Assembly: GCA_965649765.1 (NCBI GenBank)
Contig: OZ287752.1
Coordinates: forward strand, 86,676,001-86,740,000
Direction of reading: 5' to 3'
Length of the DNA: 64,000 nucleotides
Origin: Bispira polyomma
Taxonomy: Eukaryota
Part shown: positions 1-10,979 of the stretch, piece by piece
Position numbering within the stretch: position 1 is the first letter of the stretch
Layout: every line of letters starts with the position of its first letter
Notes under the pieces: model-generated
The model's database searches: none
What the model was told of the DNA's origin: nothing
Seen by the model: only the letters and a program-made list of their open reading frames with translations
Program-made: the position numbers and the translations under genes

Positions 1-2559
1 CTATGTAAAACACAATGATCTATTCCTTCCATAGCTGTCTCCCAGTTACCAGTCCATCCCCATTTCATCACTTATGATTTTTGGATACTGACTAACATTT
101 AACCGATCACCTTAAAATGTTATGTTATTAAAATATAAGCACTGAAAAAGTTTGTTAATAAAAATAACATCCTCAAACCAAACAAAAGATAGGACTCTTC
201 CTCTAACTTCATCAATTCAAACTTACAGAAGGGTTTTGTTATGAAGTGGAAAATCTCTCCCTTATAAATGATGGACTGTTTTAATAGATATCATACTATA
301 AGGGGTTGTTTCTTTTGAATTAAAAGTATGGTGTAAATATGTGATTTAGTGCAGTGCCAATGAGTGGGAACCTTACAGCAAACTAGGAGGGCTCTTAGCA
401 GAGTGCATAACTTCTCCAAGATGACTATAATTTAACGAAGGAATGGCTGCTTGATTCAGTGGTTACCCGGATTGCAAAGTCAATATTGAACCCATTTACA
501 TTAGTACTCCAATGTAGCACATATGTCATGAAACAATACTTGGAGTAGATCTGGGTGGACGGACTAATCTAGGACTTTGTCACAGTTTGTGGTACTGGCA
601 CACCTTGTTAGTTTGTAATCATTAACTACTGAACCAATTTTGACAGAAATCGGTGTTCGAATGAGACAATGACCCAGGACTAATACAGCAACTGTATAGT
701 ATAAAGGGGTAATGTACAGAAAATGTTTTTCCACTCTATTCTGGTGCCTTGGCGGAGGTTTGCAATCTACGGAATACTCTACTAGTATTTTATTCAATAA
801 GAAAACAGAAAATACTATTGTCTGAAGATAATTAATATTTTTAAGCATGGTGTCATAACAAGATGAAAATTACCTTACCCTAAAGTCAATCCTTTATAGG
901 GTTATACTTAATTATGTGTTCTTTTCAGATGAAGGGACAAGGGCAATTCGTTTCTATAAACAAATTACTGGTTAAATTTCCTTACATATCTAACAGAACA
1001 GAGAGATCATATTCTACAGTAACCCCCTCTTCCCCATGTAATTTTAATCATTGTATTACACTCAGGTTTCATTTTTTTGGAGACAGAATGTTACATTATA
1101 TTGGATTTTTAGGCCTTTGAACTTTTTACTTTGTCAGTTTTTTCCCCAATTATTAAGTTGTTACAAACCTAAACCTAGAATTTTATGTTTGTGGCAATTA
1201 CAACACTTGGTTTTTGTCTTGGTGTTAAGAAAACAAGTAGCGTGTTGCTTTTAGTTTGGTTTAAAATATGCCTGGATTATAAATTAAGCCCTAAATTTCA
1301 ATTAGTTTCTTTAATATTGAAATTTACCATTTTTTAGATAAACACATAATTTAATTACCACCTACAAGGATGTTTCTATGTTTTGGTTGCGCTTTTGCAT
1401 TAAAAAATATAATAATGGAAAGGAAAATGATCAGTTTATAGGAAATGTACAGAATATCTAACATTAATCGCTGAGTACAGCTTTATGGTGATTTTGCATA
1501 ATTTCCATTGTTAATCAGTTGTGTTGCCACCTCGCTATTAAAACTACAGATGCTTCTGAAATCTAGGAAATGCTAATAAATTGTAAATTGAATTTTCTGC
1601 AAAATACACCTTTGAGATTTGACAAAACATTTAAAGCCTTTCGAGTTTAAATACAAAAAGTGATTATGATAACTTTAATGTTGACAACGTTTGTATAATT
1701 TTATTTATTGGACGGGAATATTATTTTTCTAAATAGGGTTGTAGCATATTAGCTCAAACCAGATTTTTGTTAACATTCTAGGTCAAATTTCCAGTTTTAT
1801 GTTAGGGTTACACCATACAGATACAGACTATATTAACATCTCAGTATTTTGGTAATAGTACCTGGTGTAACCAAATTACCACTAAAAATAACATCCTCAG
1901 TCCCCTTTTAGTTCCATAAAGATCCCGGGTGTGAAGTTGAAAGGGAAAGTGATACGTGAACACCAAGTTAATAAAAGGCACTCTTTGGGCATTTATTAAA
2001 TCTACAACAAGTATCTATAATTAGTATTGTTAAAACTACATATTTACAGTTGTCTGATAGCAATAATATATTAAACATTCACAGTTAAGTAATCGAAACA
2101 CAGCCTTAACTGTGGTCATTGCACTGACCATTATTGCTGAATTAACTAAGGATACACTTAACTTTTAGTTAACAGCACTTTACAAGTTATCACTTAACTT
2201 TAAGTTAATTGCACTTTTAAAGTTATTATGATCAAGCATTTTTACATTGATTAAGTTTATTAGCATAAAAGAAAGGGAATGTATGCTAATGAATAATAAT
2301 TTTATAATGTTAAAATTAAGTAAATAATACTTTATGTTTACATATCTATACAAGTTACTAAAGCATGCGCTCATGCAAGTTATGGTTACCTCAAACCCAA
2401 AAGGGTTTTCAACAACAAGAATAGATATAGTAAGTTATATAGTTATACAAGGTAAAATGACATTAAAACAGTAGTATGTAAAATTATATATGTACATAAA
2501 TGAAACATTGCCCCAAAGAGCCCAGACTTGGTGTACTTATTGTAGGAGTTGTTGAATAG

Positions 2560-3433
2560 AAGTGGCTACTGTGGCAGCAGCATTTGGAGTGGATTGTAAG
2601 ACCTCCAGCCCCCATGCACCATGATGGACTGGAGGTCGACATTATTTTCAAATGTAAAAGTCGCACCAGAGCGACGGAAAGCATGAAAGGTAAATGTTGA
2701 CGACTTGAGGTGAAGTCACAGTACATTGTTAACTGAAAACAATGGATCAGAAAGGTTTGGTTGATTGATCTGTATCATTACACGTAACACAGTTACTGGA
2801 CATAGGATTGAATTTTGAATAAAAGGGAGTTGTACAAAGTGGAATTGGTTATAGCGTTGAAGGTTTTTAGCCCATCTTATGACGATGTGCACCCCAGGGT
2901 GTCCCCATATTAAATCTTGGAGTGTAACGTGCCTGTCACGATTGATTTGTGATGAGGTTGTGGGTACTAAGTTTGATAGCCTAAAGAAACAAAAAAAAAA
3001 GCTGTAAGAAATAGAGCTTGAAATACATATGAATTTTTAAAGTGTTCACATTGCTGAATTATGGCAGTGAGTATTGAAATTGAAATAATTGATTTCAACT
3101 TAGGGTTATTAGGGGTAGAGATAGAAAGTGATTTCAGGAAGAGTCGAATATGTGGGTGTTGAAAGGGGGTGGTGGAAACACTCCACAATTGAAAGTAGAA
3201 TTTTATAGCTGAAAGGTAATTCTGAATGGAAGGTGGTTTTAAGCCTTGCTGGGCAAGGTATTCTAAGAATACTAATATAAAATTTGTTGATGTGTAGTCA
3301 GGTACTTGTAAAGCAATTGCTAAAGTTAGATACAGTCTGATACATTGCAGGTATGATTGCTTGGTCTTTTCTGTGACGGCATTTGGAAGTCTTTGTAATG
3401 CATCAGAATAAAGGTTTTGTTGACAGGATGACC
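2560..3433 (-). pseudogene. Tyrosine recombinase of YR-1 (frameshift in the poly-A/T run near 2995)
   Basis: Manual translation gives ILVFLEYLAQQGLKPPSIQNYLSAIK...FFRLSNLVP...RWAKNLQ...FHAFRRSGAT...HGGWRS, collinear with the intact YR at 25841-26817. Confidence 0.85.
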
Positions 3434-3445
3434 CTGAAAAATTAT

Positions 3446-5118
3446 TTAAATATCATAATTAAGAGTGAAGTCATTATCAACTATAGCCCACCACGATTTG
3501 TGTACCAATTCTGACAACAGTTGGTGGGGTACTTGCTTCTGTGAAAATAGTTGTGAAAGGCAATCAGCCATTACATTTTTAACACCAGGAATGTGTTTTA
3601 GTTGTAGCTTTATGTTACATATAGTGACCTCAAGCCATATGGCTCTGGTAATTAGTGTGAGGGAGTCGTCCCGTATTTTCCCTGTATTTAAAGTGTGTAC
3701 CACGGCTATGTTGTCACACCATATTTGTAAAATAGACTCAGAGGGTTTTTCTACTTTGCTTGGGTTTATTGGTAAACCTAAATGCTAAATAAGGGAGTAC
3801 AATGTCTGAAATGATTGTTTTGCTTTTTCAGGAGTATTTCCCGCCACTATGTCATCGATGTAGTTGTAGATGGGAAAGTTCTTGGTACTCATAAGCCGAC
3901 GTATTGAATCTGTCACCATTTCACAGAGGGCGGTGCCGTGCTTATAACCCATCATGACAGAGAGATCAATATAGGTTTTATTGTTCCAATTTAAAGCTGC
4001 ATAATTATAGTTGGCAGGATCTATTCTTAAATTTCTAAACGCCCCAGACAAATCGATTTTATATAGCATACAATTAGGGCCTAACTCATTAATTCTGTCC
4101 ACTAACATGTCAATTTTAGGGAGGGTTAAACCAAACTCATGATTGTCATACACGCCGTCCAACACATAGTTATTGACAGATGAATGGTCATGAGGCCATG
4201 ACAAATCTACAATGATTCGACATGTGTTGTCACTTTTAGGGCGAGTCATGACAGGTGAGAAGTGTATATTTGTAAAGGGAGGGGTGTTAAATGGCCCTGC
4301 AATAGCCTTGTGAAGGCGTTCAGTTATAAAGTACTCATCAACACTGCTATTTTTGCTGAGTGGCAGAGTCATGCTTTTTTGCTATGCTGTTAAACCTGAA
4401 ATTTTGTTTTTCTATACACAAAGGAAATCCAAATTCAAGGTATTCTGGTAATAGTATATTAGTCTTGACGCATTAAATTTCTCCAAGCAGGGATATTTAA
4501 TTCTGATGGTACTGGCAGATGTGCTCCCATTTAATTTGGGCCCCCAATTTGGTTAACCTTATTGTGCTAAAATGGCCCATTCTTCTAGAGTCTGGTATTG
4601 AATTTGGTTTCTACCTTGAGGTATGCTATATACCGGCTTATTGATACACATATATCCATAATTGTCTTTGGACTTTTGAAACTGTATATTTTTGTGCAAT
4701 TCCCACTTTACACAAGTGTCAATTATAGGTTTTGAAAGGGGGCCACCCTGAATGTCAGGTTTGCTGACAGAAGGAGAATGGTGTATTACCATGGATTGTG
4801 GTGACACAGGACATATAGCAATATCCCCCCTTTGAGGGGGGTGAGAATAGACTTTTTGTGTGACATATTTTTGGGATACTAACTTGTTTACATTTTTGTT
4901 TAATTTCACCTTTTTTGGGGTCAATGGCAAGGGTTGTGGAGGGCGGGATTTTTTGTTTTTTTCACACACACATCCCCTGTAAGTTTACCCTGAACCTCGT
5001 TGGTTTTTAACTTTTTAGAATTATTATAGGCCTCCAGCCAAGCAGTGTTCCAAAAAGACTTAGTTTTTATGCTTTCGGGGCTTGCTGGAGGCTTTTTCCG
5101 TTTTCCGGGCCCTTGCAA
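3446..5118 (-). pseudogene. pol (RT-RNase H) of YR-1, frameshifted and partly deleted
   Basis: FSPVMTRPKSDNTCRIIVDLSWP, YKIDLSGAFRNL and YNYIDD are DIRS-type RT motifs. DNIAVV...HIPGVKNVMADCLS is an RNase H motif. Confidence 0.85.
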
Positions 5119-6037
5119 TTGATTTCCCTATGTGCATTAAATTTACTAGTAGAGCTGAAACACTTTGCACAACCATGTTTAAGAATCATTCCAGCAAAGG
5201 CATGGTCACCTAACTGAGTACAAGTGCCTTTGTTGTATGCAGTACAGAATCTACATAACAATGTTTATGTGGACAATTAATATGCTCTTTTATGGTATGC
5301 TCACCAGTACCTAATAAACCAGACTTTAGTTTCTTACCGTGCTCTTCTGGTGAGGAGGCCAGCCTGTTTTTATGTTGTTTTAAGCGTGCTTCGACGTGAC
5401 GTTGGATGTGGTCATTCTGACGCAGAAATTGTTAATTAGGCAGTAGTAAGTCCTCAGAATCCAGGCAGTTGTAGTGTCCACGGTCAGTAGTTCTTGTTTC
5501 TTCACCATGGCCTCGTTCAGTAGCAGGTCTATCAGCTCGTCTGTTTAAAACAGGAGGGCCCCCTCGGCGCTCAGAATCCATGTCTTCCATCAAGCTATCC
5601 CAGTCTCTGTCACCCATCAGAAGCTCATCACTGTCTGGGTTGTAACTCAGACGAGCAGGGGAACGTCTACGGGAACAACCACTGTCAGGGACATATCCGG
5701 ATCTGTCTGGAAACCGACGCCGGGCACTGTCGGGCGCGTACTCACTTCTCTGCTTCTCCCGTTGCTCGCTTTGAACACTGTTAACCTTTTCTTCCAACTT
5801 CTGGAGCTTTGATATGATGAAATCCAACTTCTGTGACCCAGCTGGGTCCACGGGTGAGCGGGAACGAAGTGGAGTTTCAGCTGCCACGCGATGAGGACAC
5901 CCTCTGGCCCTAGCAGGCTGGCGTCCATCAAATTCAGGTGAACCATCATTATTTACAGCAACCAGAGCACAATGCCTTCCCACAGGCCTTGGGTGATTTA
6001 TTCCACATTTTGTGCAATAAGCACTTGGCCTAGCCAT
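5067..6037 (-). pseudogene. gag-like ORF1 of YR-1 (in-frame TAA at 5432, frame break near 5260)
   Basis: N-terminal CTKCGINHPRPVGRHC motif and a coiled-coil segment (KLDFIISKLQKLEEKVNSVQ). The frame continues past the TAA as QFLRQNDHIQRHVEARLK...EEHGKKLKSG. C-terminal Cys/His motif FCTAYNKGTC...HGCAKC...H...C. Confidence 0.75.
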
Positions 6038-7794
6038 TTTAAATCATCACAAGTATAACACAAGGATCCTCCTTCTACAACTTTCGCTGAGACAGGTTTT
6101 AAATTTGATGATATTTAAACTTAAAATGAATGACACAAACTAAAATAGACTAAAATAACATAAAATATAATTCATAAATCTGTCAAGTGCTGGAGTTGGT
6201 AGAAGTAGGGCCCCAAATGAGACCACGATTTTTGACAGCACTTCCAGAGGCAAATGAATTTTGATACTTTCTGCTGGAAAAACAGGGGTTTATAAAGGCA
6301 AAAGCCTGGGTGACAAGTTAGCAATCCCTGCAAGAGTGAGAGAGGGTCATTAAGGATCTGAAAAAGAAAGGGTAAAGAGGGGGGAGGTGGCAATTAATGT
6401 CACCTGCCTGGGACTGAACTCTAGTGATGTCAACGCCCTAGCTCCCTTGTCACTGAGCCATGCCTGTAATGAAGTGGTAAATAGTCACCGACCGTGTCTT
6501 CAGTTAGGAGAATGACAGTTACTGTTGCTGGTTGGCTTTTCTTCGGTAGTCAACCAAAGGTGAATTAGAACTTTGGACAACAGATTATCGTAGATGGAAA
6601 ATGTTAAGTATACATTTAAAAAAAAATCCCACTATTTCTACAACAGTTTGACTTTGAGTGTTTGAAAGTGTCTGAATTATACATTCTTTTACCCCATCCT
6701 ACATAAACCTTCAATTTACTTTAAAAATCAACTAAAATGTACAATATATATAGAAAGAGATCGACATGGTGTAAACACATCAACGCTGTCAGCTCTGAAA
6801 TACAAAAATTATGTAATTAACGATTTAAATCATATATTTTGAGTACATTTATGTAAACTGACTGAGACATCTTTTAAATGAAGCAAGTTATATTTTATAA
6901 AATAGGGACCACAGGGAACATGATGGTTGATTTTTAATTCAAAATAATGATATGTAAAATACGAAAAGTTGAAATGGAGCGAAATGGAGCGAAATGAAGG
7001 TTGATGAAATGCGTTTTTTGTTAATTTCTCCTACTTTTTGTCAATTTCTCCTCCTAATGATCATATTTCAAAAGACTCCCAGGGGATCATATTAATTTTC
7101 AAACATAGAGCTTTTTTGGAAGATGGGAAATAACTTTTGTTCAGAATAAAAAAATTAATTACATTACAAAAAAGGAAAATGATATTGCTTTTAGAAAACA
7201 TAAAATCTTTTTAACGCAACCATTAAAATATATACATCATCTTCTCTGAAGCTTATATTATAAAAAGTTTTACATAATAAAATATCCCACAGCTTTTTAA
7301 AGAATTGCAGAAATCTAACATTCTATGAGTAGAGATGAGATGCTTATAAAAATAACATATTTGAGGGGAACAGAGATTCTAGTCTTCAGAAAAGAAAAGA
7401 AAAACATTAAAATATATTTACAGGACACCTATAAATCATCAATCATTCTGCTTCAGTCGTAAGAATTTATTCCCCAAAACAACATGAAAAGGATCTGCAA
7501 AAAGGTCTTGTTTGATCCATATCTCCCCTAAAATATCAAATTTCACCAGTACTTTCTGCAGCGGGAAGTATAAGCAGGAACTTAATTTACTGAATCTACG
7601 GACATAAAACAAAAAAGACTTCTCGACATGTCAATGTAATATTCAAGAGAAAGAAGCAACTAATGGATTATACAAAACTGCATCTACTTTTCTTTTATCC
7701 TCTCTTTTTATTTCTGTAATTGCCAAATGAGGTGTTTTTAGTCATGTGATTTGTTGCCATGATGTCACATGCTTCAGGTTAGAGGAGAGAAATA

Positions 7795-7955
7795 ATTGAG
7801 TTAGGTTGTACCTTGTTTTCAACAGCTTAGGTCAGATCACAACAGCCACCGACCTACAGCAAGTAATCTTCAAAATGAAGGAACGAACAAAATTCCAACC
7901 AACACTGGTGAGAGGCCAGTGATTGTGTAGCGAACATTTCTAGCCACTAGGCTAA
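7795..7955 (-). mobile_element. tRNA-derived SINE (MetaSINE/MESC-like family)
   Basis: Minus strand starts with an A-box-like TAGCCTAGTGGCTAG and ends with GACCTAAGCTGTTGAAAAC...CAACCTAACTCAA, a tail shared with other copies in the window (44716-44935, 56735-56865, 61295-61505). Confidence 0.6.
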
Positions 7956-8418
7956 TCACTAGGTTAATCACTAGGCTAACCACTGGGCTAATCACTAGAA
8001 CAACGTTTAGGCTATCCGACTAGGCTAATCAGTAGGCCAATCACTAGGCTAACCACTAGGCTAACCCACTGGACTAATCACCAGGCCAATCACTAGGCTA
8101 ATCACTAGATTAATCACTAGACTAATCACTAGGCTAATCACTAGGCTAACCACTGGGCTAATCATTAGGCTAACCCACTATTCTAATAACTAGGCTAACC
8201 ACTGGGCTAATCATTAGGCTAACCCACTATTCTAATAACTAGGCTAACCACTAGTCTAATCACTAGGACAAGCACTAGGCTAATAACTAGGCTAACCACT
8301 ATGCTAACCAAATAGGCTGACCACTAAGCTAACCACTAGGCCATCACTAGGCTAACCACTAGGCTAATCACTAGGCCAACCACTAGACTAATCACTATGC
8401 TAATCACTAGGCTAACCA
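7942..8418. repeat. 12-bp minisatellite (CTAATCACTAGG / CTAACCACTAGG)n, roughly 40 units
   Basis: Directly visible tandem array. Confidence 0.95.
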
Positions 8419-8594
8419 TAACATGACAATGGTGTGTTCACATCTTGCCCACAAATCAAGATTAACCAAATTGTCCCATATGATGCCTTCACATTAGTAA
8501 GTAATATACCTTAGATAAATATAATACCTTTCTCAATTGTTTTAAGGAGAAATTCAAACTAACTTTTATAAATGTTTCCTTAGAATCACCAACT

Positions 8595-8770
8595 ATAATA
8601 ATAATAATAACAATAATAGTAATAATAATTAAAACATTTATATAGCGTAAAATTGATGAGAAACATCCTCTAAGGCACTGGTATGCAAAAGGGGAAAATC
8701 AAGGGGCAAGCAAAGGTCGTTACCAAAAAGCGTCCACCAAGGCAAGGGTGACTAAGGAAGGATTAACCAG
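8595..8770 (-). mobile_element. 3' end fragment of an L2-like LINE with (ATT)n tail
   Basis: Similar to 16240-16390 (ATTGATGAGAA(A)CATCCT...CCAAAAAGC.TCCACCA); (AAT)n run at 8597-8629. Confidence 0.5.
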
Positions 8771-10979
8771 CAGAAGGTTTCAATAGATTAGATTACACAT
8801 CATTGGTTTGCCTTTATTCATAAACTTGTCTAAATATATTGTGAAAAAAATAAAAGTTGCCAAATATGTTTGAAGCAAAATATTTTATTTACATAGAACA
8901 TGCTTATTTCTAGACAATAAATTATTCTACTAAAATATTTTGAAAACAAAGCTCTTCCAAGAATCGAAACTATGACCCAGCAATCGTATCACCGTCTGTC
9001 TGACACTATAACAATATCATCATAGATTAGTCTATAAATGGATGGACACCAGCACCCAATAGAGACCATTTTAATACGGACCAGATCCCCACAAACACAC
9101 TACACATACTATACACAGCCCTTTGATGTGAGGCTTTCATTTTATTGGCTTCTCTTTTAGTCCACAATTAATCCCCACCCTAATCCAACATGAAAGCAGA
9201 ATTACTCTCTTGGTTGGCTTTCGAGACACAATAGTTTGCAGTAAAATGTCTGTCTAAAATCTCCTATGTGACCATTTCCTGGTCTATTTGTATGCTTTTG
9301 GCTTGTGCTGCATACTTTAGTAATTTGTCAAATGTTTGTTTTTTTTCTAATCGTAAGAAGGGTGTAGTTTTTACACACTGTTGTAAAAATATTGACCAAA
9401 CTTCACAACGAATTCTTACATCTCTTTTGTGCAGCAAAGTCAAATATGAAGTATTAATTGGATGTTTTAGACAGATTTTTTTCCTTTACTCACCTATTAT
9501 CGTTCTATTACTTTCATTCATTTGAACTTATCGTTGATCTCACTTTTACTTTCTTTCTTTAGTTTTACAAATGTTTACATATCTAACATGTCATTAGTAT
9601 TATAAATCATATGAAATATACCACGTGATATACCACATGGTATTGCTCACCTTAGAAGCAAGCTCGAGAGCTATATCTATCATAAAGCTTATCCCTTCTG
9701 ACACAGTCTTACCATCCGTCCAGCACAACATGCTTATTGGATAATGATTTGGGTTGTTGGGCCTTAGAATCCACCAGTACGAAGAATAATGGTGGTCAGG
9801 ACTGAATCTCTGATCACGAACCTTTTTCCATCTACCGAACCATGCTCTTGCTTACTAACTAGGATATGCGCCACAGAGGATGCCTGGTCATCGATTGTGG
9901 AACTATAGAAGTAAAAACATTAACATCAACATTACATTAACATTAATAAGTGCCATCACGAAATTGATTAGTTTAGATTGGTCATGCTATTTGAAAACAG
10001 CCCAATATGTATAAAGAGATTGAACCCAATGAGTGATAATTATAGAGCAAAGACAACTTTTTACATATTCTTGAAGATAGGAACTCACGTTTCCTTTCTG
10101 CAGTTCACAAAAACAATATATATAATAGCAAAAGCAGGGTAAAAATTACAATCAAGAATAGTCACACACTGATTTAGTTATTTTTGTTTATATATTATTC
10201 ACAATATCAATAGGTAAATTAACTAAAGTTAACTTACAATGTTTTAAACAACAACATTGAAACTACAATTATATAATTACTTTGTAAGATTGAATGTTCT
10301 TTATAACTCACTAAAAATATTTGACCGGTATCCCCATCTATTGTTAAATTAATTTTGTCTTGAATTTACTTCTGATAGAAATTTGTGCTCCTAAAACACT
10401 TTTTGACTTATTTTTTGCAAGAGAGTCTATCTTTAGCTCATAAATATTTTCGGAACACAAAAAAATGTATCACTTTGTAACAATAATGATAAAGTTTAAT
10501 GGCCCAAATGTATATCATTTTTATGATAACGTAATCTTTTCACTGAAGTCATCAAGTTTATACTTCTAGTAATCTCGCTGGCGATTCAGTGATGAATATT
10601 AACCCATAACTGGGAAACTTTTACGCATTCAGAGAAAAGATGGGTAAAAATATTGATGGATTGTGGCCATTCAACTTGTTTCATCTACAAATTCCTCCCA
10701 GACCATATTTTTTTTTCATTGATGATTCTATCAGACTTTGTTTGGTTGATTATCATATACATGGCCACCTCAGTTCCCCTAGGAATACAAACCTAAGGAA
10801 ACATGTCTGCTCCTCACCTCAAAGCTCTCTCTCTCTCTCTCTGTGCAAGATATGGAACTCAAATAGAAACAGACATTTATTTTTACAGATATTTCATCAG
10901 TTCATATTTGTGTTCTGATACAAAGATGTATTGAATGTGTATGTTTAGGTATAGATATCACATAAATTGATGTCAACAC

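Larger units (their letters stand above)
1950..6440 (-). mobile_element. Decayed tyrosine-recombinase retrotransposon (DIRS/Ngaro/PAT-like), element YR-1: gag, RT, RNase H, YR
   Basis: Minus-strand order is gag-like ORFs (5067-6037), RT with YKIDLSGAFRNL and NYIDD (3785-4372), RNase H-like ORF (3446-3703) and YR remnant (about 2560-3433). Boundaries are approximate, taken from where homology to the duplicated flanking DNA resumes. No split direct repeats found. Confidence 0.88.

Noticed and set aside
7942-8418. Telomere-like repeat
   Set aside because: The unit is 12 bp, not TTAGGG/TTAGG, and it is continuous with a SINE head.
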